This document shows positions 8,658 to 17,465 of a stretch of 64,000 bases of DNA, in pieces. Each line of letters starts with the position of its first letter. Positions within the stretch are counted from its first letter, which is position 1. The position numbers and the translations under genes are program-made. The notes under the pieces were generated by a model that made no database searches, was not told the origin of the DNA, and saw only the letters and a program-made list of their open reading frames with translations. Source of the DNA: an uncultured Solirubrobacterales bacterium (GTDB taxonomy: Bacteria > Actinomycetota > Thermoleophilia > Solirubrobacterales > Solirubrobacteraceae); contig CAVXAO010000001.1 in NCBI GenBank assembly GCA_963759695.1, positions 16,259 to 80,258 of the forward strand, given 5' to 3'.

Positions 8658-10033
8658 GATCGCAGGAGATAGTTGAGGAGGGTCTTGGCCGCGCTGGTGC
8701 GCGTGTTGGCGGTGGCGCGGCGCTCGGCGATGGCGACGCCCCGTCTAGCCGCGGCCGCGGTCGCCTGCAACGTGGAATCGCGGATCGTCGTCGTCCGGAA
8801 CGTGGAGCCGCAGCCCGGGCCCTCCGAGCTCGACCGCGCCGAACAGGCTCCGACCTCGAAGCTCGCGCGGATGTAGTGGCTGACGGCGTCCTCGCCGTTG
8901 ACGGTCCCCGTGTAGTAGTAAATGAAGCGCATCACGTCTTCGATCCCGCCTGCGTTGTCGAAGCTCGACGCGATCGCCGCGATGTCGCCGGCGACCGGCA
9001 GCAGCGGCTTGCCGAGCTGCGAGAGCTGGGAGACGACGCCGTGGATCTTTGGGAACACGGTCTCGCCGCGCTGGGCCACGCTGCCGAGCGCCTTGAAGGC
9101 CGGGATCGAGTCCTTCGCCAGCGGACCGAGGCCGCTGAGCGAGGCGTTGATCGCGGGGGCCTGAGCCCGCAGTGCCAGGAGCGACGGTGTGATCGACTCG
9201 GCGAGGGTAGTCAGGCGCTGCGCCGCCGGTTTCAGCTGTCGCAGGAACGGGGGGAAGTCCCGGAGGTTCTGTTCGATCGCGTTCCCCTGCTGCGCGGCGG
9301 CGAGGCCCACCTCACCGACGTGCTGGAAGAAGCCGCCGAGGTGAGCCCGCTGCGCCGCCAGCGGGGCGAGGACCTTGTCGGACTCGTCGGTCAGGCGAGC
9401 GATGAGGCGGTCCTGGTTCGCCAGCACCGCGATCACCTGATCGGTCTGCTGGAGCGCCGGATCGGCGCGGAGCAGCGCGGCGTTCAGCTCGTGGCCGTTG
9501 CCGGAGAGTCCGACGCCGAGCCCGGAGATCACCAGTTGCAGCCGTTCCTGCTGGGGCAGCCGCGTGATGTCGGAGATCAGGTCGATGCCGATCGGTGAAG
9601 TCGTGTTCTGGAGCGGCACCACATGTTCTCCCTTGTCCGCGCCGGAGGAGATCGCCGGCAGCGTGGGAGGCGGAGCGGCGCCAGCGGCGCGCGGCTGCGT
9701 GGGAGTGCACTGCACGAACTGCTCGCCGAGCAGCGACTCGAGCCCGATCTCGCAATGGGCGTCGGTGCGAAACGGGACGTACTGGGGCGCGGTGATCTGC
9801 AGCACGAGCGCCGCCTTGTTCTGGGGCGTCAGCTGCACGGCGGAGACCGTCCCGACCTTGACCCCCGCGATCTTGACGTCCTCGCCGGCGATCATGAACG
9901 AGGAGTTGTCAAAGATCGCGCGGACCATGTACGTGTTGCCAGAACTGCTCGTGGTGCTCTTGATCGCCACCGCTACGACGACGGCGACGAGAATGCCCAT
10001 CCCGATCGCGATCAGCCACCGTCCGAGCCTCAC
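8654..10033 (-). CDS. Mce-family protein (2nd of six)
   Basis: Trimmed to the GTG at 10033: VRLGRWLIAIGMGILVAVVVAVAIK..., then ...GEDVKIAGVKVGTVSAV. GTGA overlap with the upstream stop at 10030-10032. Confidence 0.85.
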   Translation of the reverse strand: MRLGRWLIAIGMGILVAVVVAVAIKSTTSSSGNTYMVRAIFDNSSFMIAGEDVKIAGVKVGTVSAVQLTPQNKAALVLQITAPQYVPFRTDAHCEIGLESLLGEQFVQCTPTQPRAAGAAPPPTLPAISSGADKGEHVVPLQNTTSPIGIDLISDITRLPQQERLQLVISGLGVGLSGNGHELNAALLRADPALQQTDQVIAVLANQDRLIARLTDESDKVLAPLAAQRAHLGGFFQHVGEVGLAAAQQGNAIEQNLRDFPPFLRQLKPAAQRLTTLAESITPSLLALRAQAPAINASLSGLGPLAKDSIPAFKALGSVAQRGETVFPKIHGVVSQLSQLGKPLLPVAGDIAAIASSFDNAGGIEDVMRFIYYYTGTVNGEDAVSHYIRASFEVGACSARSSSEGPGCGSTFRTTTIRDSTLQATAAAARRGVAIAERRATANTRTSAAKTLLNYLLRS

Positions 10034-11466
10034 GGCGCACCCCCGATCGATTCGGAGCGCCGGCAGTGGGCGTTCGACAGCGGCCCGGAATCGACGAACG
10101 GCGCCGATCCGTCCGGCGGAGGCACGATTCCCGCGCCCGGGCAGCGGTAGAGGAAGCCCGTCTTGAGCGCACCGCCAGAGCCGCGCAGGTTCGGCGGCTT
10201 GGCCGTGAGCGTCCCGCCCCGAGCGTTGTCCTGGAAGCTGAACGCGTCGAAAATAGGGACCGTCCGCGCGTAGTGGCCGTTGGCGTCGTAGGGCGCGAAG
10301 ACGCCGTCCCAGCCCGCGACCCACGCGACCAGATCGGGAACGTAGGGCCGGACGAACTCGAAGATCGGCGTCGACTGCGTGAGCGCCTTGATCGCGCGCG
10401 GGAAGTCTCCGCGGACCGCTCTGGCCAGTGGCGGCAGGTCGCGCAGGGCATCGAGCAAATCGTTATTCGGACCGGGCTTATCCAGGAGTTGCCGCAGTAG
10501 CGAGACCGTCGGCACGGCCTCGTTCAGGACCGGTTGTAGCTGCGCGAGGAACGGACGCAGCGGCGCCGTCACCGGTCGGGTGGCGTTGACGAACTGCTCG
10601 AGTGCGGGCAACGTCGAGGTGCGCAGCCGCTCGAACGTCGTCGATCCCTTGGTCAGCGCGCCGGGCAGGTTGGTCAACGCCTGCGTGAGCGACTGGTCCT
10701 GGCTCGAGAGGGCGTCCGCCGTGACCCGAGCCTGGCTGACGAGGTCCGTCAGCTGGGCGGAGCGCGCATCGATCGCGCCGAGCGCCGAGCTCGTCTGGAC
10801 GATGAACTCATTCAGCGTCGGCGTCGAGGCGTCGATCTGGGCGAACAGCCGCGAGTAGGACTGCAGCGCGGGCGGGAAGTACTGCGCGGAGAGGTTGGCC
10901 TGGGCCGACTTTCCGGCGTACCACTCGGCGAATCCGTCGATCAGCCGCCGCAGGCCAGCACGCGTGTTGGCGTTGAGCGCGTCGAACAGTTCGTCGATGT
11001 CGACGATGCCGCTCGTCTTGGATGCCGGGAGGACGCCGTTGTTCGGTAGCGGCGGATCGAACGACGGTCCGGGGCTGACGTCGATGTAGCGACTGGCGAC
11101 GCCGACGAGACTCTGCTCCCTGATCGCCGCGGTCGTCCCCTGGCGCAAGGGACCGAAGTTCGAGTCGATCGAGACGGTCAGCTGCGCCTGGCCGCTCGGA
11201 GTCAGCTTGATCGCCTGGACGGTCCCTGCGGGCGTGCCGCCGATCCGGACCAGGTCCCCGGTGACGAGCTGCCCGGCGTCGATGAAGTCGAACCGATACT
11301 GGTAGGAGCTGCCGCGGGTGGCGAGGTAGACGACGACGCCTACCACCACGAGCAGGGCCGCGAGCGCCGGCAGCCGCCAAGGCGAGCGAGCCGGGGAGCG
11401 CGGCGCGGATGGCGGTGGTGGCGGCGAGTCCGCCGCCGGGGGTACTTCGCGTGTCAGCGTGGACAA
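10030..11466 (-). CDS. Mce-family protein (1st of six, MceA position)
   Basis: ORF track, 478 aa, TTG start with GGAG 6 nt upstream. Sequence: ...WRLPALAALLVVVGVVVYLATRG...GDLVRIGGTPAGTVQAIKL. Confidence 0.8.
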   Translation of the reverse strand: MSTLTREVPPAADSPPPPPSAPRSPARSPWRLPALAALLVVVGVVVYLATRGSSYQYRFDFIDAGQLVTGDLVRIGGTPAGTVQAIKLTPSGQAQLTVSIDSNFGPLRQGTTAAIREQSLVGVASRYIDVSPGPSFDPPLPNNGVLPASKTSGIVDIDELFDALNANTRAGLRRLIDGFAEWYAGKSAQANLSAQYFPPALQSYSRLFAQIDASTPTLNEFIVQTSSALGAIDARSAQLTDLVSQARVTADALSSQDQSLTQALTNLPGALTKGSTTFERLRTSTLPALEQFVNATRPVTAPLRPFLAQLQPVLNEAVPTVSLLRQLLDKPGPNNDLLDALRDLPPLARAVRGDFPRAIKALTQSTPIFEFVRPYVPDLVAWVAGWDGVFAPYDANGHYARTVPIFDAFSFQDNARGGTLTAKPPNLRGSGGALKTGFLYRCPGAGIVPPPDGSAPFVDSGPLSNAHCRRSESIGGAP

Positions 11467-11614
11467 AAGACGCTCCGGCGGCGGGTCAGGACAGCGCCGC
11501 CAAGTGGTCGACGGGGATCGACGCGCCCCCGCCAGGCGCGGGCAGTATAGACGCGGCAGTTCCCGGATATCAAAGATGAACCTCCCGACGAAAGCCCTGT
11601 GGAAGCCGGGTGGT

Positions 11615-11643
11615 ACGCTAGCGTTTCGCGCTTAGGAACGCTA
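11615..11643. promoter_or_regulatory. Candidate operator: perfect 10-bp palindrome ACGCTAGCGT plus a third ACGCTA half-site
   Basis: ACGCTAGCGT at 11615-11624 and AACGCTA at 11637-11643, in the divergent mce / secreted-protein intergenic region. Confidence 0.3.
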
Positions 11644-11724
11644 ATGTGTTCAGTCGGGCTGATTCTCGCGGCCGGCTGGTTTGTGGGAGACTCGGCGAAT
11701 ATCTCACGAGGGAGGTAGATCTAC

Positions 11725-12428
11725 ATGCGTAAGCTCGGAGTCGCCGCAGTTTGTGGCCTCCTCGCCACGGTCGCCGTTCCGGCCATCGCCCAGAGTCCCA
11801 CGGGACCGGGCGTCACCGTGACGGCGAAGGTCACGCCCAACAAGGCGGGCACGCGCAGACACCCGCAGGGGGCGAGGCTGAACACGACGATCAAGTGGGA
11901 GCAGCTCGGCAGCGCGGCCCAGCCGATCGTGCAGACGTTCGACGTGCTGTTCCCGAAGGGCTCGCTGTACAACGGCGCACGCACGAAGTCGTGCTCGTAC
12001 GGCCGGCTCAATGCGGACGGTCCGAAGGCGTGCCCGAAGGCATCGATCGTCGGCTCGGGCCCGGCAACGCGTATGCCGACACCGTGATCACACACCCGCA
12101 GATCACGGTAGTCAACGGCGGCAAGAACAAGGTGTTCTTCTTCACCGTGCTCAACAACCCCGCCCGCGTCCAGTCGCCCGTCGTCGGGACTGTCAGCAGG
12201 ATGAGCGGCAAGTACTCGTACAAGCTGCACGTCGTCGTGCCGCAGATCCTGCAGGTCGTTGCCGGCGTGCCGATCGAGCTGACCGAACTGCACGTCCTCG
12301 CGGGCAAGGGGTCGTGGCTCGAGACGACCGGTTGTGGCCCGGGTGGGAAGTGGCCGTTCAGTATCACGACCGGCTACAGCACCGGGGGCTCGGCCAGCGA
12401 CACGGCCTCGATCCCCTGCCGTAAATAG
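11725..12428 (+). pseudogene. Secreted single-module paralog of the 17466-20717 protein, interrupted by one frameshift near 12055-12070
   Basis: Strong SD (GGGAGG) before ATG 11725 and a signal peptide, MRKLGVAAVCGLLATVAVPAIAQ. The frame-1 ORF stops at 12087. The protein continues in the ORF-track frame 11751-12428 (...GNAYADTVITHPQITVVNGGKNKVFFF...IPCRK). Total length 704 nt, not a multiple of 3. Confidence 0.7.
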
Positions 12429-12578
12429 CCTCGAGGAAACCAACGCTCCAGGGAGCCCGAACGGACTAGAGTTTGCGCATGATGCACCGGCTCGTCGCGC
12501 TTGCGGCCGTGCTGTTCGGGCTCCTCGCTGCGGTCAGCTGTAGCTGAATATGGGAACACGGGATCGGATCACTCGCTG

Positions 12579-13385
12579 ATGGGAGGACTGGGTCAGCGGG
12601 CGTACCTGATCACGCGCTCGAGCGTCCAAGAGGTCGGCGAGATGATGGTGCTGACCGGCAAGACGCTCGTCTCGGCGATACGCCCGCCGTATCCCTATGG
12701 AAATGAGTTCGTACTCCAGTTCCTGTTCGCGATGCGCCTGTGCTGGTTCCCGATGCTGCTCTCGACGGTCGCCTTCGGGTACGAGGCCCCCGGTCTGCAG
12801 GCGGCCAACTTCCTCGTGCTGTTCGGAGCGCTCGATCGTCTCGGCGGGTTCTTCGTGCTCGCCTCCATCCGGGAGTTCGCGCCGTTCGTCGACGCGATCG
12901 TCGTAGCCGGCGTCGCCGGAACCGCGATCACCGCGGACCTGGGCGCGCGCAAGATCCGTGAAGAGCTCGACGCGCTCGTCGTGATGGGCGTGGATCCGAT
13001 CAAGAACCTGGTCGTTCCCAGGTTCCTGGCGCTGATGATCGTGACCGGGCTGTTCGACATCTACGCGCTCCTGTTCGGAATTTTCGGCGGCGTCCTGGCG
13101 ACCCTCGTCAACCACGCGCCGCTCGGTCCGTTCTTCGCGACGCTCGCCAACAACGCCGAGCCGACCGACCTCTGGGCCTCGGTCGTGAAGACGACGCTGT
13201 TCGGGGCGGTCATCGCGATCGTTTGCTGTTACAAGGGGATGAACGCCTCCGGCGGTGCCGCGGGCGTCGGACGTGCGGTCAACCAGGCGGTGGTGATCGC
13301 GTTCCTGGGGATCTTCGCGTTCAACTACACCTTCACGCAGGTGCTGCTGGCCACGCACCCTGCGATCACGACGATTGCGAAGTGA
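12579..13385 (+). CDS. YrbE/MlaE-type ABC permease (YrbEA position)
   Basis: The ORF track frame was trimmed to ATG 12579: MGGLGQRAYLITRSS... It is multi-TM, with ...GARKIREELDALVVMGVDPIKNLVVPRFLA... typical of MlaE/YrbE permeases. Confidence 0.85.
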   Translation: MGGLGQRAYLITRSSVQEVGEMMVLTGKTLVSAIRPPYPYGNEFVLQFLFAMRLCWFPMLLSTVAFGYEAPGLQAANFLVLFGALDRLGGFFVLASIREFAPFVDAIVVAGVAGTAITADLGARKIREELDALVVMGVDPIKNLVVPRFLALMIVTGLFDIYALLFGIFGGVLATLVNHAPLGPFFATLANNAEPTDLWASVVKTTLFGAVIAIVCCYKGMNASGGAAGVGRAVNQAVVIAFLGIFAFNYTFTQVLLATHPAITTIAK

Positions 13386-13412
13386 CCGGATGAGCACGGA
13401 GAGCGGTCGCGC

Positions 13413-14210
13413 ATGAACGAGTGGCTCGAGGTCCCGCAGGGCTGGCTCGTCAGCTCGGGGCAGATGCTCAAGTTCATCGGGGCCGTCGTCCGCGACGTCT
13501 TCAACCTGCGCGTGCTGCGCTTCCTCGGCGAGGCCCTCCGCCAGGCCGGGATCCTGATCGTCTCCTCGACGCTCGTGATCTGGGGCCTGATCTTCATCAT
13601 TGGCCTGCAGTGTGGGATCGAGGGCGCCTATCTGCTGCGGGCCCAGGGGGCTCCTCAGTACTCGGGGGTGTTCTCGGCGTGGTGCGACCTGCGCGAGCTC
13701 GTCCCGCTCGTGTTCGGCTACATGATGGCGGCGAAGGTGGGCACCGGGATCGTCGCCGAGATCGGCTCGATGCGGATCTCCGAGGAGATCGACGCACTCG
13801 AGGTGATGGGGATCAGCGGGATCACGTTCCTGTGCGCGACGCGGCTCCTCGCCTCCTGGCTGGTCCTGCCGTTCGTGTATCTCGGCGGGGTCGGCTGGGG
13901 CTTCCTCGCCAGCTATCTCGCCGTTGTGCAGCAGGTCGGCGGCGTCTCGCCAGGGGGCTACCTGCTGATCTTCTGGGAGTTTCAGAACCCGCCCGATCTG
14001 CTGTACAGCATCATCAAGGCGATGACGATGGCCACCGTCATCGTGCTCGTCGGGTGCTACTACGGCTTTACCGCGAGGGGTGGACCTGTGGGGGTGGGGA
14101 CGGCGACCGCAAAGTCGATGGTCGTCAATATCGTCTCCGTCCACATCATCGGGATGCTGGGCACCCAGATCTTCTGGGGCGCGAATCCTCGCGCGCCGAT
14201 TGGCGGCTGA
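13413..14210 (+). CDS. YrbE/MlaE-type ABC permease (YrbEB position)
   Basis: ORF track, 265 aa. ...GSMRISEEIDALEVMGISGITFLCATRLLA... Paralog of the preceding gene. Confidence 0.85.
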   Translation: MNEWLEVPQGWLVSSGQMLKFIGAVVRDVFNLRVLRFLGEALRQAGILIVSSTLVIWGLIFIIGLQCGIEGAYLLRAQGAPQYSGVFSAWCDLRELVPLVFGYMMAAKVGTGIVAEIGSMRISEEIDALEVMGISGITFLCATRLLASWLVLPFVYLGGVGWGFLASYLAVVQQVGGVSPGGYLLIFWEFQNPPDLLYSIIKAMTMATVIVLVGCYYGFTARGGPVGVGTATAKSMVVNIVSVHIIGMLGTQIFWGANPRAPIGG

Positions 14211-14290
14211 GGTCTGCCCGGCCGCCTGAGGTCTGCCCGGCCGCCTGAGGTCTGCCCGGCCGCCTGAGGTCTGCCCGGCCGGCTGAGACC
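14203..14290. repeat. Tandem repeat, about 4.5 units of 19 nt (CTGAGGTCTGCCCGGCCGC)
   Basis: TGA-containing units at 14208, 14227, 14246, 14265 and 14284. The first unit contains the yrbEB stop codon. Confidence 0.9.
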
Positions 14291-14412
14291 AGTCCCACAT
14301 TGGCGTCTCCTACCTCTGTCCTCCACGCCCGGGACACGGACGGGTGAGCCGAGGCGGAGAGTGCGCGAACACGCGACTTTCCGCTCCGTCCGACGTTCGT
14401 CAACCCAAAACC

Positions 14413-14442
14413 TTGACTTTTGAGAACGCAGCTGTGTATGGT
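14413..14442 (+). promoter_or_regulatory. Sigma70-like promoter candidate for the secreted-protein operon
   Basis: TTGACT (14413-14418), an 18-nt spacer, then TATGGT (14437-14442), about 85 nt upstream of ATG 14528. A hairpin (ATCGCGG-7 nt-CCGCGAT, 14475-14495) lies in the leader. Confidence 0.4.
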
Positions 14443-14527
14443 AGTTTTTTCGGGCCTTGAGAAATGCCTGTGTGTATCGCGGCGCGCCGCCGCGATGAAC
14501 TCGAGGCATGAAGGAGGGAGCGGATCC

Positions 14528-17458
14528 ATGACGGCCCTGCGGACGGGAATCCGGCGTCGACGCCCTATGGGCGCAGCCATGGCGGTGCGGTGTTCATCTT
14601 CGGTCGCAACCTCGCGCTCGACTGTCGTATTGCGCGTGGTGGTGCTGTCGCTGTGCGCGCTGTGCGTGCTGTGGGCGATGGCGGGCCGGGCCAGGGCTGT
14701 CAAGCTGCCCGACGGTCGGGCGTACGAGCAAGTCTCGCCTGCTGCCAAGAACGGCGTCGACCCCGGCTTCGCCGCGGCCTCGACCAATGGCAACTTGGTC
14801 GATTGGGAAGGAATCGGCGGGTGCTGCGGCGCCAGCACGGCGTCGGTCGAGCTCTACCAGGCCGCGCGCACGGCCAGCGGCTGGGAGACAACCGCCAAGA
14901 CGCCGACTCCGAGCGTTCCGCTGGAGGGGCTGCTCCAGGAGCAGGCCCCGATGTGGTGGAGTTCCGATCTATCCCAGACGATCTATTGGACGTCGGCGTC
15001 GTACCCAGGCGGCGCCAACCGGGCCGGCGGTCCAGGCTCGACGACCTACAACGACCTCTACCTCCAGGGCCCGACCGGCACGCCGAAGTGGCTCTCCCAG
15101 GGACCGTTCCCCGGAAGCGGCACGGGGCCGTATAACGCGACGCTCGCCGCCGCGACGCCGGACGGAAACAGCGCGGCCTTCACCACCCAGGAGCAGCTGA
15201 CACCCGACGCCACCGGTTTGGCCAGCCTCAACACGCCACCGGAGTTCCTCTACGTGCGCAACGTCTCGGCTGGCACAACGACCCTGGTCGACGTCACGAC
15301 CACGACGCTTTCGGCGCCCGCGAACGCAGGTGACAGCACACTCACGGTCGCCAGCAACCAGGCCTTTGCGATGGGCCAGCCGATCACGATCGGGAACCAA
15401 GGATCGAGCGACGTCGAGACCGACACGGTCGCCGGGGTGTCCGGCTCGAACCAGATCACCCTCAACAACCCGCTCGTCAACGCCCACGCCTCCGGCGAGG
15501 CGGTCGAGGCGCTGATCAGCCCCGATGGCGCAATCGCCGGCAACGGGAACTGGCTGGACCAGCCCTGGACGCCGGCGGACCTCTTCGGCACCACCACGAA
15601 CGCGATCTCGAGCGACGGCACGAAGGTGTTCTTCGAGAGCCCTCCGACGTTCGCGGGCGGGAGTGGCGGCGCTGAGGGCGTTGGCGCCGCGCACCTGTAC
15701 ATGCGCGATCTGAGCAACAACACGACGACGCCGATCGACGATCCGAGCGCACCGGCCGGGGCGCGGTACGAGGGTGCCTCCCAGGACGGCTCGCTCGTGT
15801 TCTTCACCAGCAGCGAGGGCCTCGGTGGCAACACCAACACCGACAGCGAGCTGTACGAGTTCAACACCGCGACCAAGTCAGTGGTCCCAATTTCAGAGGG
15901 CAACAGCGGGACGGCGGACGGCGATGTGCTCGGCGTGACCGCGATCTCCAACGACGGCTCGCACGTCTACTTCGTCGCCGACGGCATGCTCGCGACTAAC
16001 ACGACAAACGGCGCGTCGGCGGTCGGCGGGGAGCCAAACCTGTACGTGTACAACACGGCGGCGCCCGCCGCGAGTGCGACGACGTTCATCGCGACGCTCT
16101 CGCAATACGACGTCCAGAGCTGCATCCCGAATTGCGTCACGAACGGCTCCGGAGCCGTGCTGACCAGCGAGCCCGACCTGGACCGGCCGGCAATCCCGAC
16201 CGCCGACGGCACGGTGCTGGCGTTCGACTCGAACGCGCAGCTCACGAACTACGCCGACCACACGCCTCAGAACCCCGCCGGGCCGGCTACCACCCTGACG
16301 ACCACGGCCAACTCTGGGGACAACTCGATCACGGTCGCGAGCACGAAGGGCTTCAAGCAGTACCACTTCGTCTACGTCCAGGACGGCACCATCTCGCAGG
16401 AGCTCGCGATCGCGAGCATCCCGAACAGCACCACCCTCGACCTCCGCAGTCCCGTGAACTCCACTCTTACCGCCGGGGACCCGGTCACTCAGATCGCTCC
16501 GTTCCAGATCTACCGCTATGCCACGAGCGACGGTTCGCTGACGTGCATCTCGTGCGATCCGGAGGGCGGCAAGTCAATCGGCAGCGCGACGTTCGGCGAC
16601 AGCGCGGGCGGCACTTACGCACCCGCGGGCCAGGCCGTGGCGATGAACTCGACTGGATCGCAGATCTTCTTCAACACGCCCGACCCGCTCGTTTCGCAGG
16701 ACACCAACACGGGCGCGTTCCCCGGCGGATTTGGGTCGTTGACCCTGAGCCGGGACGTGTATGAGTGGGAGAACGGTACGCGTTCGCTGATCTCTGACGG
16801 CACCACTTCCACCGGCGCAGTCCTCGGTGGCACGACCCCGAGCGGCAATGACGTGTTCTTCCAGTCGTTGGCCCAGCTGGTGCCCCAGGACACCGACGCC
16901 TACGACGACATCTACGACGCACGCGTCCACGGTGGTTTCCCCGCGCCCCCCGGACCCGGCCCAGTATGCGGTGACCCCGAGAGCTGCCGGACGAGCGTCA
17001 GCCCGACGGAGTTCTTCCCGATTCCCGGGAGCGCGACGCTGATCGCACCGAACGTACCGCAGCCGACGTTCACGGTCAGCGGAATCTCGGCCCGCCAGGA
17101 ACGGAATCTGATCAAGACCGGGAAGGTGACGCTGACGGTTAGCGCGACCGCACCCGGAAAGATCGTCGCGACGGTGTTCGCGAAGATCCACGGGCTCCAG
17201 ACCCAGGTCGCGTCGGGTCGTAAGTCCTTCTTCAGCGCGGCCGGAGGGACGGGCAAGATCACGCTGCGCCTGGCCCGAGTGGCACGCAGGACGCTTAGCA
17301 AGAAGCACACCTTGGCGCTCACGATCTCCGTGAATTACTCGCAGAGCACCCAGACCGACGTGGCCACGCTCACGCTCAAGACCAAGCGAAAGACACACGC
17401 TCGGAGGTTCCAAGCACGAGAAACGTCCACCCGCGGACGCCGAGTCAAGGGAGCGTGA
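14528..17458 (+). CDS. Secreted TolB-like (PD40-type) beta-propeller repeat protein with two ~65-aa insert modules and a basic C-terminal tail
   Basis: Trimmed to ATG 14528, which is preceded by AAGGAGGG. Signal peptide: ...LSLCALCVLWAMAGRARA. Recurrent SxDGxxVxF motifs (TPDGNSAAF, SSDGTKVFF, SQDGSLVFF, SNDGSHVYF, TADGTVLAF, TSDGSLTCI, PSGNDVFF). Confidence 0.8.
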   Translation: MTALRTGIRRRRPMGAAMAVRCSSSVATSRSTVVLRVVVLSLCALCVLWAMAGRARAVKLPDGRAYEQVSPAAKNGVDPGFAAASTNGNLVDWEGIGGCCGASTASVELYQAARTASGWETTAKTPTPSVPLEGLLQEQAPMWWSSDLSQTIYWTSASYPGGANRAGGPGSTTYNDLYLQGPTGTPKWLSQGPFPGSGTGPYNATLAAATPDGNSAAFTTQEQLTPDATGLASLNTPPEFLYVRNVSAGTTTLVDVTTTTLSAPANAGDSTLTVASNQAFAMGQPITIGNQGSSDVETDTVAGVSGSNQITLNNPLVNAHASGEAVEALISPDGAIAGNGNWLDQPWTPADLFGTTTNAISSDGTKVFFESPPTFAGGSGGAEGVGAAHLYMRDLSNNTTTPIDDPSAPAGARYEGASQDGSLVFFTSSEGLGGNTNTDSELYEFNTATKSVVPISEGNSGTADGDVLGVTAISNDGSHVYFVADGMLATNTTNGASAVGGEPNLYVYNTAAPAASATTFIATLSQYDVQSCIPNCVTNGSGAVLTSEPDLDRPAIPTADGTVLAFDSNAQLTNYADHTPQNPAGPATTLTTTANSGDNSITVASTKGFKQYHFVYVQDGTISQELAIASIPNSTTLDLRSPVNSTLTAGDPVTQIAPFQIYRYATSDGSLTCISCDPEGGKSIGSATFGDSAGGTYAPAGQAVAMNSTGSQIFFNTPDPLVSQDTNTGAFPGGFGSLTLSRDVYEWENGTRSLISDGTTSTGAVLGGTTPSGNDVFFQSLAQLVPQDTDAYDDIYDARVHGGFPAPPGPGPVCGDPESCRTSVSPTEFFPIPGSATLIAPNVPQPTFTVSGISARQERNLIKTGKVTLTVSATAPGKIVATVFAKIHGLQTQVASGRKSFFSAAGGTGKITLRLARVARRTLSKKHTLALTISVNYSQSTQTDVATLTLKTKRKTHARRFQARETSTRGRRVKGA

Positions 17459-17465
17459 GGACGAG

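Noticed and set aside
12534-14300. 588-aa ORF antisense to both yrbE permease genes
   Set aside because: It is an Arg/Asp/Glu/His/Pro-rich low-complexity translation with no domain signal. It lies exactly opposite two well-supported permease genes, which is the typical open antisense frame of very GC-rich DNA. The same reasoning applies to 3055-4308(-), 16574-17965(-), 38324-40009(-), 47545-49785(-), 58537-60711(-) and the many shorter overlapping track ORFs.
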